Assembly: GCF_009914755.1 (NCBI RefSeq)
Contig: NC_060925.1
DNA: 64,000 nt
Reading direction: 5' to 3' (one strand)
From: the human T2T-CHM13v2.0 reference genome, Homo sapiens
Shown here in pieces: positions 14,110-28,709 of the stretch (position 1 is its first letter; each line of letters opens with the position of its first letter). The notes beneath the pieces are model-generated. The model worked only from the letters and a program-made list of their open reading frames with translations, was not told the DNA's origin and did not search any database. A program made the translations under genes and the position numbers.

Positions 14110-16327
14110 ATGGAATCGTCATCGAATGAATTGAATGCAATCATCGAATGGTCTCGAATGGAATCATCTTCTAATGGAAAGGAATGGAATCATCGCATAG
14201 AATCGAATGGAATTATCATCGAATGGAATCGAATGGTATCAACACCAAACGGAAAAAAACGGAATTATCGAATGGAATCGAAGAGAATCTTCGAACGGAC
14301 ACGAATGGAATCATCTAATGGAATGGAATGGAATAATCCATGGACTCGAATGCAATCATCATCGAATGGAATCGAATGGAATCATCGAATGGACTCGAAT
14401 GGAATAATCATTGAACGGAATCGATTGGAATCATCATCGGATGGAAACGAATGGAATCATCATCGAATGGAAATGAAAGGAGTCATCATCTAATGGAATT
14501 GCATGGAATCATCATAAAATGGAATCGAATGGAATCAACATCAAATGGAATCAAATGGAATCATTGAACGGAATTGAATGGAATCGTCATCGAATGAATT
14601 GACTGCAATCATCCAATGGTCTCGAATGGAATCATCTTCAAATGGAATGGAATGGAATCATCGCATAGAATCGAATGAAATTATCATCGAATGGAATAGA
14701 ATGGAATCAACATCCAACGGAAAAAAACGGAATTATCGAATGGAATCGAAGAGAATCATCGAATGGACCCGAATGGAATCATCTAATGGAATGGAATGGA
14801 ATAATCCATGGACTCGAATGCAATCATCATCGAATGGAATCGAATGGAATCATCGAATGGACTCGAATGGAATAATCATTGAACGGAATCGAATGGAATC
14901 ATCATCGGATGGAAATGAAAGGAGTCATCATCTAATGGAATTGCATGGAATCATCATAAAATGGAATCGAATGGAATCAACATCAAATGGAATCAAATGG
15001 AATCATTGAACGGAATTGAATGGAATCGTCATCGAATGAATTGAAAGCAATCATAGAATGGTCTCGAATGGAATCATCTTCAAATGGAATGGAATGGAAT
15101 CATCGCATAGAATCGAATGGAATTATCATCGAATGGAATCGAATGGAATCAACATCAAACGGAAAAAAACGGAATTATCGAATGGAATCGAAGAGAATCA
15201 TCGAATGGACCCGAATGGAATCATCTAATGGAATGGAATGGAATAATCCATGGACTCGAATGCAATCATCATCGAATGGAATCGAATGGAATCATCGAAT
15301 GGACTCGAATGGAATAATCATTGAACGGAATCGAATGGAATCATCATCGGATGGAAATGAATGGAATCATCATCGAATGGAATCGAATAGAATTATGGAA
15401 TGAAATCCAGTGTGATCATCATCGAATGGACCCGAATGGAATCATCATCCAACGGAAGCTAATGGAATCAACATCGAATGAATCAAATGGAAACACCATC
15501 GAATTGAAACGAATGGAATTACCATGAAATTGAAATGGATGGACTCATCATCGAATGGATTCGAATGGAATCATCGAATAAAATTGATTGAAATCATCAT
15601 CGAATGGAATCGAATGGTATCATTGAATGGAATCGAATGGAATCATCATCAGATGGAAATGAATGGAATCGTCATAGAATGGAATCGAATGGATTAATTG
15701 AATGGAATCAGATGGAATCATCGAATGGACTGGAATGGAATCATTGAATGGACTCGAAAGGGATCATTATTGAATGGAATTGAATGGAATCATCGAATGG
15801 TCTCGATTGGAATCATTATCAAATGGAATCGAATGGAATCACCGAATAGAATCGAATGGAACAATCATCGAATGGACACAAATGGAATTATCCTCAAATG
15901 GAATCGAATGGAATTATCGAATGCAATCGAATGGAATTATCGAATGCAATCGAATAGAATCATCGAATGGACTCGAATGGAATCATCGAATGGAATGGAA
16001 TGGAACAGTCAATGAACTCGAATGGAATCATCATTGAATGGAATCGAATGGAATCATCGAGTGGAATCGAAAGGAATTATGACCAAATGGAATCGAATGT
16101 AATCATCATCAAATGGAATCAAAAATAACCATCATCAATTGGTATTGAATGGAATTGTCATCAAATGGAATTCAAAGGAATCATCATCAAATGGAACCGA
16201 ATGGAATCCTCATTGAATGGAAATGAAAGGGGTCATCATCTAATGGAATCGCATGGAATCATCATCAAATGGAATCGAATGGAATCATCATCAAATGGAA
16301 TCAAATGGAATCATTGAACAGAATTGA
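14110..16327 (+). repeat. 2218-bp variant unit (468+442+1308)
   Basis: Marks at 14110, 14578, 15020 and 16328. Hybrid monomer atcatcggatggaaatgaaaggagtc at 14901-14926. Confidence 0.92.
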
Positions 16328-18570
16328 ATGGAATGGTCATCGAATGAGTTGAATGCAATCATCGAATGGACTCGAATGGAATCATCTTCTAATGGAAAGG
16401 AATGGAATCATCGCATAGAATCGAATGGAATTATCATCGAATGGAATCGAATGGTATCAACACCAAACGGAAAAAAACGGAATTATCGAATGGAATCGAA
16501 GAGAATCTTCGAACGGACCCGAATGGAATCATCTAATGGAATGGAATGGAATAATCCATGGACTCGAATGCAATCATCATCGAATGGAATCGAATGGAAT
16601 CATCGAATGGACTCGAATGGAATAATCATTGAACGGAATCGAATGGAATCATCATCGGATGGAAACGAATGGAATCATCATCGAATGGAAATGAAAGGAG
16701 TCATCGTCTAATGGAATTGCATGGAATCATCATAAAATGGAATCGAATGGAATCAACATCAAATGGAATCAAATGGAATCATTGAACGGAATTGAATGGA
16801 ATCGTCATCGAATGAATTGAATGCAATCATCGAATGGTCTCGAATGGAATCATCTTCAAATGGAATGGAATGGAATCATCGCATAGAATCGAATGGAATT
16901 ATCATCGAATGGAATCGAATGGAATCAACATCAAACGGAAAAAAACGGAATTATCGAATGGAATCGAAGAGAATCATCGAATGGACCCGAATGGAATCAT
17001 CTAATGGAATGGAATGGAATAATCCATGGACTCGAATGCAATCATCATCGAATGGAATCGAATGGAATCATCGAATGGACTCGAATGGAATAATCATTGA
17101 ACGGAATCGAATGGAATCATCATCGGATGGAAACGAATGGAATCATCATCGAATGGAAATGAAAGGAGTCATCATCTAATGGAATTGCATGGAATCATCA
17201 TAAAATGGAATCGAATGGAATCATCATCAAATGGAATCAAATGGAATCATTGAACGGAATTGAATGGAATCGTCATCGAATGAATTGAATGCAATCATCG
17301 AATGGTCTCGAATGGAATCATCTTCAAATGGAATGGAATGGAATCATCGCATAGAATCGAATGGAATTATCATTGAATGGAATCGAATGGTATCAACATC
17401 AAACGGAAAAAAACGGAATTATCGAATGGAATCAAAGAGAATCTTCGAACGGACCCGAATGGAATCATCTAATGGAATGGAATGGAATAATCCATGGACT
17501 CGAATGCAATCATCATCGAATGGAATCGAATGGAATCATTGAAAGGACTCGTATGGAATAATCATTGAACGGAATCGAATGGAATCATCATCGGATGGAA
17601 ATGAATGGAATCATCATCGAATGGAATCGAATAGAATTATGGAATGAAATCCAGTGTGATCATCATCGAATGGACCCGAATGGAATCATCATCCAACGGA
17701 AGCTAATGGAATCAACATCCAATGAATCGAATGGAAACACCATCGAATTGAAACGAATGGAATTATCATGAAATTGAAATGGATGGACTCATCATCGAAT
17801 GGATTCGAATGGAATCATCGAATAAAATTGATTGAAATCATCATCGAATGGAATCGAATGGTATCATTGAATGGAATCGAATGGAATCATCATCAGATGG
17901 AAATGAATGGAATCGTCATAGAATGGAATCGAATGGATTCATTGAATGGAATCAGATGGAATCATCGAATGGACTGGAATGGAATCATTGAATGGACTCG
18001 AAAGGGATCATTATTGAATGGAATTGAATGGAATCATCGAATGGTCTCGATTGGAATCATTATCAAATGGAATCGAATGGAATCACCGAATAGAATCGAA
18101 TGGAACAATCATCGAATGGACTCAAATGGAATTATCCTCAAATAGAATCGAATGGAATTATCGAATGCAATCGAATGGAGTTATCGAATGCAATCGAATA
18201 GAATCATCGAATGGACTCGAATGGAATCATCGAATGGAATGGAATGGAACAGTCAATAAACTCGAATGGAATCATCATTGAATGGAATCGAATGGAATCA
18301 TCGAGTGGAATCGAATGGAATTATGATCAAATGGAATCGAATGTAATCATCATCAAATGGAATCAAAAATAACCATCATCAATTGGTATTGAATGGAATT
18401 GTCATCAAATGGAATTCAAAGGAATCATCATCAAATGGAACCGAATGGAATCCTCATTGAATGGAAATGAAAGGGGTCATCATCTAATGGAATCGCATGG
18501 AATCATCATCAAATGGAATCGAATGGAATCATCATCAAATGGAATCGAATGGAATCATTGAAAGAATTGA
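16328..18570 (+). repeat. 2243-bp variant unit (three modules plus a 1-bp deletion)
   Basis: Marks at 16328, 16796, 17264 and 18571. attgaaagaattg near 18560 replaces attgaacagaattg. Confidence 0.9.
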
Positions 18571-20346
18571 ATGGAATCATCATCGAATGAATTGAATGCA
18601 ATCATCGAATGGTCTCGAATGGAATCATCTTCTAATGGAAAGGAATGGAATCATCGCATAGAATCGAATGGAATTATCATCGAATGGAATCGAATGGTAT
18701 CAACACCAAACGGAAAAAAACGGAATTATCGAATGGAATCGAAGAGAATCTTCGAACGGACCCGAATGGAATCATCTAATGGAATGGAATGGAATAATCC
18801 ATGGAGTCGAATGCAATCATCATCGAATGGAATGGAATGGAATCATCGAATGGACTCGAATGGAATAATCATTGAACGGAATCGAATGGAATCATCATCG
18901 GATGGAAACGAATGGAATCATCATCGAATGGAAATGAAAGGAGTCATCATCTAATGGAATTGCATGGAATCATCATAAAATGGAATCGAATGGAATCAAC
19001 ATCAAATGGAATCAAATGGAATCATTGAACGGAATTGAATGGAATCGTCATCGAATGAATTGAATGCAATCATCGAATGGTCTCGAATGGAATCATCTTC
19101 AAATGGAATGGAATGGAATCATCGCATAGAATCGAATGGAATTATCATCGAATGGAATCGAATGGAATCAACATCAAACGGAAAAAAACGTAATTATCGA
19201 ATGGAATCGAAGAGAATCATCGAATGGACCCGAATGGAATCATCTAATGGAATGGAATGGAATAATCCATGGACTCGAATGCAATCATCATCGAATGGAA
19301 TCGAATGGAATCATCGAATGGACTCGAATGGAATAATCATTGAACGGAATCGAATGGAATCATCATCGGATGGAAATGAATGGAATCATCATCGAATGGA
19401 ATCGAATAGAATTATGGAATGAAATCCAGTGTGATCATCATCGAATGGACACGAATGGAATCATCATCCAACGGAAGCTAATGGAATCAACATCGAATGA
19501 ATCAAATGGAAACACCATCGAATTGAAACGAATGGAATTACCATGAAATTGAAATGGATGGACTCATCATCAAATGGATTCGAGTGGAATCATCGAATAA
19601 AATTGATTGAAATCATCATCGAATGGAATCGAATGGTATCATTGAATGGAATCGAATGGAATCATCATCAGATGGAAATGAAAGGAATCGTCATAGAATG
19701 GAATCGAATGGATTCATTGAATGGAATCAGATGGAATCATTGAATGGACTGGAATGGAATCATTGAATGGACTCGAAAGGGATCATGATTGAATGGAATT
19801 GAATGGAATCATCGAATGGTCTCGATTGGAATCATTATCAAATGGAATCGAATGGAATCACCGAATAGAATCGAATGGAACAATCATCTAATGGACTCAA
19901 ATGGAATTATCCTCAAATGGAATCGAATGGAATTATCGAATGCAATCGAATGGAATTATCGAATGCAATCGAAGAGAATCATCGAATGGACTCGAATGGA
20001 ATCATCGAATGGAATGGAATGGAACAGTCAATGAACTCGAATGGAATCATCATTGAATGGAATCGAATGGAATCATCGAGTGGAATCGAATGGAATTATG
20101 ATCAAATGGAATCGAATGTAATCATCATCAAATGGAATCAAAAATAACCATCATCAATTGGTATTGAATGGAATTCTCATCAAATGGAATTCAAAGGAAT
20201 CATCATCAAATGGAACCGAATGGAATCCTCATTGAATGGAAATGAAAGGGGTCATCATCTAATGGAATCGCATGGAATCATCATCAAATGGAATCGAATG
20301 GAATCAACATCAAATGGAATCTAATGGAATCATTGAACGGAATTGA

Positions 20347-22541
20347 ATGGAATCGTCATCGAATGAATTGAATGCAATCATCGAATGGTCTCGAATGGAA
20401 TCATCTTCAAATGGAATGGAATGGAATCATCGCATAGAATCGAATGGAATTATCATCGAATGGAATCGAATGGAATCAACATCAAACGGAAAAAAACGGA
20501 ATTATCGAATGGAATCGAAGAGAATCTTCGAACGGACCCGAATGGAATCATCTAATGGAATGGAATGGAATAATCCATGGACTCGAATGCAATCATCATC
20601 GAATGGAATCGAATGGAATCATCGAATGGACTCGAATGGAATAATCATTGAACGGAATCGAATGGAATCATCATCGGATGGAAACGAATGGAATCATCAT
20701 CGAATGGAAATGAAAGGAGTCATCATCTAATGGAATTGCATGGAATCATCATAAAATGGAATCGAATGGAATCAACATCAAATGGAATCAAATGGAATCA
20801 TTGAACGGAATTGAATGGAATCGTCATCGAATGAATTGAATGCAATCATCGAATGGTCTCGAATGGAATCATCTTCAAATGGAATGGAATGGAATCATCG
20901 CATAGAATCGAATGGAATTATCATCGAATGGAATCGAATGGAATCAACATCAAACGGAAAAAAACGGAATTATCGAATGGAATCGAAGAGAATCATCGAA
21001 TGGACCCGAATGGAATCATCTAATGGAATGGAATGGAATAATCCATGGACTCGAATGCAATCATCATCGAATGGAATCGAATGGAATAATCATTGAACGG
21101 AATCGAATGGAATCATCATCGGATGGAAATGAAAGGAGTCATCATCTAATGGAATTGCATGGAATCATCATAAAATGGAATCGAATGGAATCAACATCAA
21201 ATGGAATCAAATGGAATCATTGAACGGAATTGAATGGAATCGTCATCGAATGAATTGAAAGCAATCATCGAATGGTCTCGAATGGAATCATCTTCAAATG
21301 GAATGGAATGGAATCATCGCATAGAATCGAATGGAATTATCATCGAATGGAATCGAATGGAATCAACATCAAACGGAAAAAAACGGAATTATCGAATGGA
21401 ATCGAAGAGAATCATCGAATGGACCCGAATGGAATCATCTAATGGAATGGAATGGAATAATCCATGGACTCGAATGCAATCATCATCGAATGGAATCGAA
21501 TGGAATCATCGAATGGACTCGAATGGAATAATCATTGAACGGAATCGAATGGAATCATCATCGGATGGAAATGAATGGAATCATCATCGAATGGAATCGA
21601 ATAGAATTATGGAATGAAATCCAGTGTGATCATCATCGAATGGACCCGAATGGAATCATCATCCAACGGAAGCTAATGGAATCAACATCGAATGAATCAA
21701 ATGGAAACACCATCGAATTGAAACGAATGGAATTACCATGAAATTGAAATGGATGGACTCATCATCGAATGGATTCGAATGGAATCATCGAATAAAATTG
21801 ATTGAAATCATCATCGAATGGAATCGAATGGTATCATTGAATGGAATCGAATGGAATCATCATCAGATGGAAATGAATGGAATCGTCATAGAATGGAATC
21901 GAATGGATTAATTGAATGGAATCAGATGGAATCATCGAATGGACTGGAATGGAATCATTGAATGGACTCGAAAGGGATCATTATTGAATGGAATTGAATG
22001 GAATCATCGAATGGTCTCGATTGGAATCATTATCAAATGGAATCGAATGGAATCACCGAATAGAATCGAGTGGAACAATCACCGAATGGACACAAATGGA
22101 ATTATCCTCAAATGGAATTGAATGGAATTATCGAATGCAATCGAATGGAATTATCGAATGCAATCGAATAGAATCATCGAATGGACTCGAATGGAATCAT
22201 CGAATGGAATGGAATGGAACAGTCAATGAACTCGAATGGAATCATCATTGAATGGAATCGAATGGAATCATCGAGTGGAATCGAATGTAATCATCATCAA
22301 ATGGAATCAAAAATAACCATCATCAAATGGAATCAAAAATAACCATCATCAATTGGTAGTGAATGGAATTCTCATCAAATGGAATTCAATGGAATCATCA
22401 TCAAATGGAACCGAATGGAATCCTCATTGAATGGAAATGAAAGGGGTTATCATCTAATGGAATCGCATGGAATCATCATAAAATGGAATCGAATGGAATC
22501 AACATCAAATGGAATCAAATGGAATCATTGAACGGAATTGA
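20347..22541 (+). repeat. 2195-bp variant unit (468+419+1308)
   Basis: Marks at 20347, 20815, 21234 and 22542. It has the same hybrid monomer as the 442-bp module plus loss of one 23-bp monomer near 21080. Confidence 0.9.
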
Positions 22542-25157
22542 ATGGAATCGTCATCGAATGAATTGAGTGCAATCATCGAATGGTCTCGAATGGAATCATC
22601 TTCAAATGGAATGGAATGGAATCAGCACATAGAATCGAATGGAATTATCATCGAATGGAATCGAATGGAATCAACATCAAACGGAAAAAAACGGAATTAT
22701 CGAATGCAATCGAAGAGAATCATCGAATGGACCCGAATGGAATCATCTAATGGAATGGAATGGAATAATCCATGGACTCGAATGCAATCATCATCGAATG
22801 GAATCGAATGGAATCATCGAATGGACTCGAATGGAATAATCATTGAACGGAATCGAATGGAATCATCATCGGATGGAAATGAATGGAATCATCATCGAAT
22901 GGAATCGAATAGAATTATGGAATGAAATCCAGTGTGATCATCATCGAATGGACCCGAATGGAATCATCATCCAACGTAAGCTAATGGAATCAACATCGAA
23001 TAAATCAAATGGAAACACCATCGAATTGAAACGAATGGAATTACCATGAAATTGAAATGGATGGACTCATCCTCAAATGGATTCGAGTGGAATCATCAAA
23101 TAAAATTGATTGAAATCATCATCGAATGGAATCGAATGGTATCATTGAATGGAATCGAATGGAATCATCATCAGATGGAAATGAAAGGAATCGTCATAGA
23201 ATGGAATCGAATGGATTCATTGAATGGAATCAGATGGAATCATTGAATGGACTGGAATGGAATCATTGAATGGACTCGAAAGGGATCATTATTGAATGGA
23301 ATTGAATGGAATCATCGAATGGTCTCGATTGGAATCATTATCAAATGGAATCGAATGGAATCACCAAATAGAATCGAATGGAACAATCATCGAATGGACT
23401 CAAATGGAATTATCCTCAAATGGAATTGAATGGAATTATCGAATGCAATCGAATGGAATTATCGAATGCAATCGAATAGAATCATCGAATGGACTCGAAT
23501 GGAATCATCGAATGGAATGGAATGGAACAGTCAATGAACTCGAATGGAATCATCATTGAATGGAATCGAATGGAATCATCGAGTGGAATCGAATGTAATC
23601 ATCATCAAATGGAATCAAAAATAACCATCATCAAATGGAATCAAAAATAACCATCATCAATTGGTATTGAATGGAATTCTCATCAAATGGAATTCAAAGG
23701 AATCATCATCAAATGGAACCGAATGGAATCCTCATTGAATGGAAATGAAAGGGGTCATCATCTAATGGAATCGCATGGAATCATCATCAAATGGAATCGA
23801 ATGGAATCAACATCAAATGGAATCAAATGGAATCATTGAACGGAATTGAATGGAATCGTCATCGAATGAATTGAATGCAATCATCGAATGGTCTCGAATG
23901 GAATCATCTTCAAATGGAATGGAATGGAATCATCGCATAGAATCGAATGGAATTTTCATCGAATGGAATCGAATGGAATCAACATCAAACGGAAAAAAAC
24001 GGAATTATCGAATGGAATCGAAGAGAATCACCGAATGGACCCGAATGGAATCATCTAATGGAATGGAATGGAATAATCCATGGACTCGAATGCAATCATC
24101 ATCGAATGGAATCGAATGGAATCATCGAATGGACTCGAATGGAATAATCATTGAACGGAATCGAATGGAATCATCATCGGATGGAAATGAATGGAATCAT
24201 CATCGAATGGAATCGAATAGAATTATGGAATGAAATCCAGTGTGATCATCATCGAATGGACCCGAATGGAATCATCATCCAACGGAAGCTAATGGAATCA
24301 ACATCGAATGAATCAAATGGAAACACCATCGAATTGAAACGAATGGAATTACCATGAAATTGAAATGGATGGACTCATCCTCAAATGGATTCGAGTGGAA
24401 TCATCGAATAAAATTGATTGAAATCATCATCGAATGGAATCGAATGGTATCATTGAATGGAATCGAATGGAATCATCATCAGATGGAAATGAAAGGAATC
24501 GTCATAGAATGGAATCGAATGGATTCATTGAATGGAATCAGATGGAATCATTGAATGGACTGGAATGGAATCATTGAATGGACTCGAAAGGGATCATTAT
24601 TGAATGGAATTGAATGGAATCATCGAATGGTCTCGATTGGAATCATTATCAAATGGAATCGAATGGAATCACCGAATAGAATCGAATGGAACAATCATCG
24701 AATGGACTCAAATGGAATTATCCTCAAATGGAATTGAATGGAATTATCGAATGCAATCGAATGGAATTATCGAATGCAATCGAATAGAATCATCGAATGG
24801 ACTCGAATGGAATCATCGAATGGAATGGAATGGAACAGTCAATGAACTCGAATGGAATCATCATTGAATGGAATCGAATGGAATCATCGAGTGGAATCGA
24901 ATGTAATCATCATCAAATGGAATCAAAAATAACCATCATCAAATGGAATCAAAAATAACCATCATCAATTGGTATTGAATGGAATTCTCATCAAATGGAA
25001 TTCAAAGGAATCATCATCAAATGGAACCGAATGGAATCCTCATTGAATGGAAATGAAAGGGGTCATCACCTAATGGAATCGCATGGAATCATCATCAAAC
25101 GGAATCGAATGGAATCATCATCAAATGGAATCTAATGGAATCATTGAACAGAATTGA
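22542..25157 (+). repeat. Two 1308-bp single-module units
   Basis: Marks at 22542, 23850 and 25158. Confidence 0.92.
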
Positions 25158-28100
25158 ATGGAATCGTCATCGAATGAATTGAATGCAATCATCGAATGGT
25201 CTCGAATGGAATCATCTTCTAATGGAAAGGAATGGAATCATCGCATAGAATCGAATGGAATTATCATCGAATGGAATCGAATGGTATCAACACCAAACGG
25301 AAAAAAACGGAATTATCGAATGGAATCGAAGAGAATCTTCGAACGGACCCGAATGGAATCATCTAATGGAATGGAATGGAATAATCCATGGACTCGAATG
25401 CAATCATCATCGAATGGAATCGAATGGAATCATCGAATGGACTCGAATGGAATAATCATTGAACGGAATCGAATGGAATCATCATCGGATGGAAACGAAT
25501 GGAATCATCATCGAATGGAAATGAAAGGAGTCATCATCTAATGGAATTGCATGGAATCATCATAAAATGGAATCGAATGGAATCAACATCAAATGGAATC
25601 AAATGGAATCATTGAACGGAATTGAATGGAATCGTCATCGAATGAATTGACTGCAATCATCGAATGGTCTCGAATGGAATCATCTTCAAATGGAATGGAA
25701 TGGAATCATCGCATAGAATCGAATGGAATTATCATCGAATGGAATCGAATGGAATCAACATCAAACGGAAAAAAACGGAATTATCGAATGGAATCGAAGA
25801 GAATCATCGAATGGACCCGAATGGAATCATCTAATGGAATGGAATGGAATAATCCATGGACTCGAATGCAATCATCATCGAATGGAATCGAATGGAATCA
25901 TCGAATGGACTCGAATGGAATAATCATTGAACGGAATCGAATGGAATCATCATCGGATGGAAATGAATGGAATCATCATCGAATGGAATCGAATAGAATT
26001 ATGGAATGAAATCCAGTGTGATCATCATCGAATGGACCCGAATGGAATCATCATCCAACGGAAGCTAATGGAATCAACATCGAATGAATCGAATGGAAAC
26101 ACCATCGAATTGAAACGAATGGAATTATCATGAAATTGAAGTGGATGGACTCATCATCGAATGGATTCGAATGGAATCATCGAATAAAATTGATTGAAAT
26201 CATCATCCAATGGAATCGAATGGTATCATTGAATGGAATCGAATGGAATCATCATCAGATGGAAATGAATGGAATCGTCATAGAATGGAATCGAATGGAT
26301 TCATTGAATGGAATCAGATGGAATCATCGAATGGACTGGAATGGAATCATTGAATGGACTCGAAAGGGATCATTATTGAATGGAATTGAATGGAATCATC
26401 GAATGGTCTCGATTGGAATCATTATCAAATGGAATGGAATGGAATCACCGAATAGAATCGAATGGAACAATCATCGAATGGACTCAAATGGAATTATCCT
26501 CCAATGGAATCGAATGGAATTATCGAATGCAATCGAATGGAATTATCGAATGCAATCGAATAGAATCATCGAATGGACTCGAATGGAATCATCGAATGGA
26601 ATGGAATGGAACAGTCAATGAACTCGAATGGAATCATCATTGAATGGAATCGAATGGAATCATCGAGTGGAATCGAATGGAATTATGATCAAATGGAATC
26701 GAATGTAATCCTCATCAAATGGAATCAAAAATAACCATCATCAATTGGTATTGAATGGAATTGTCATCAAATGGAATTCAAAGGAATCATCATCAAATGG
26801 AACCGAATGGAATCCTCATTGAATGGAAATGAAAGGGGTCATCATCTAATGGAATCGCATGGAATCATCATCAAATGGAATCGAATGGAATCATCATCAA
26901 ATGGAATCTAATGGAATCATTGAACAGAATTGAATGGAATCGTCATCGAATGAATTGAATGCAATCATCGAATGGTCTCGAATGGAATCATCTTCTAATG
27001 GAAAGGAATGGAATCATCGCATAGAATCGAATGGAATTATCATCGAATGGAATCGAATGGTATCAACACCAAACGGAAAAAAACGGAATTATCGAATGGA
27101 ATCGAAGAGAATCTTCGAACGGACCCGAATGGAATCATCTAATGGAATGGAATGGAATAATCCATGGACTCGAATGCAATCATCATCGAATGGAATGGAA
27201 TGGAATCATCGAATGGACTCGAATGGAATAATCATTGAACGGAATCGAATGGAATCATCATCGGATGGAAACGAATGGAATCATCATCGAATGGAAATGA
27301 AAGGAGTCATCATCTAATGGAATTGCATGGAATCATCATAAAATGGAATCGAATGGAATCAACATCAAATGGAATCAAATGGAATCATTGAACGGAATTG
27401 AATGGAATCGTCATCGAATGAATTGACTGCAATCATCGAATGGTCTCGAATGGAATCATCTTCAAATGGAATGGAATGGAATCATCGCATAGAATCGAAT
27501 GGAATTTTCATCGAATGGAATCGAATGGAATCAACATCAAACGGAAAAAAACGGAATTATCGAATGGAATCGAAGAGAATCATCGAATGGACCCGAATGG
27601 AATCATCTAATGGAATGGAATGGAATAATCCATGGACTCGAATGCAATCATCATCGAATGGAATCGAATGGAATCATCGAATGGACTCGAATGGAATAAT
27701 CATTGAACGGAATCGAATGGAATCATCATCGGATGGAAATGAATGGAATCATCATCGAATGGAATCGAATAGAATTATGGAATGAAATCCAGTGTGATCA
27801 TCATCGAATGGACCCGAATGGAATCATCATCCAACGGAAGCTAATGGAATCAACATCGAATGAATCGAATGGAAACACCATCGAATTGAAACGAATGGAA
27901 TTACCATGAAATTGAAATGGATGGACTCATCCTCGAATGGATTCGAGTGGAATCATCGAATAAAATTGATTGAAATCATCATCGAATGGAATCGAATGGT
28001 ATCATTGAATGGAATCGAATGGAATCATCATCAGATGGAAATGAAAGGAATCGTCATAGAATGGAATCGAATGGATTCATTGAATGGAATCAGATGGAAT

Positions 28101-28709
28101 CATTGAATGGACTGGAATGGAATCATTGAATGGACTCGAAAGGGATCATTATTGAATGGAATTGAATGGAATCATCGAATGGTCTCGATTGGAATCATTA
28201 TCAAATGGAATCGAATGGAATCACCGAATAGAATCGAATGGAACAATCATCGAATGGACTCAAATGGAATTATCCTCAAATGGAATTGAATGGAATTATC
28301 GAATGCAATCGAATGGAATTATCGAATGCAATCGAATAGAATCATCGAATGGACTCGAATGGAATCATCGAATGGAATGGAATGGAACAGTCAATGAACT
28401 CGAATGGAATCATCATTGAATGGAATCGAATGGAATCATCGAGTGGAATCGAATGTAATCATCATCAAATGGAATCAAAAATAACCATCATCAAATGGAA
28501 TCAAAAATAACCATCATCAATTGGTATTGAATGGAATTCTCATCAAATGGAATTCAAAGGAATCATCACCAAATGGAACCGAATGGAATCCTCATTGAAT
28601 GGAAATGAAAGGGGTCATCATCTAATGGAATCGCATGGAATCATCATAAAATGGAATCGAATGGAATCAACATCAAATGGAATCAAATGGAATAATTGAA
28701 CGGAATTGA
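25158..28709 (+). repeat. Two 1776-bp units inside the 1308-bp domain
   Basis: Marks at 25158, 25626, 26934, 27402 and 28710. Confidence 0.9.
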
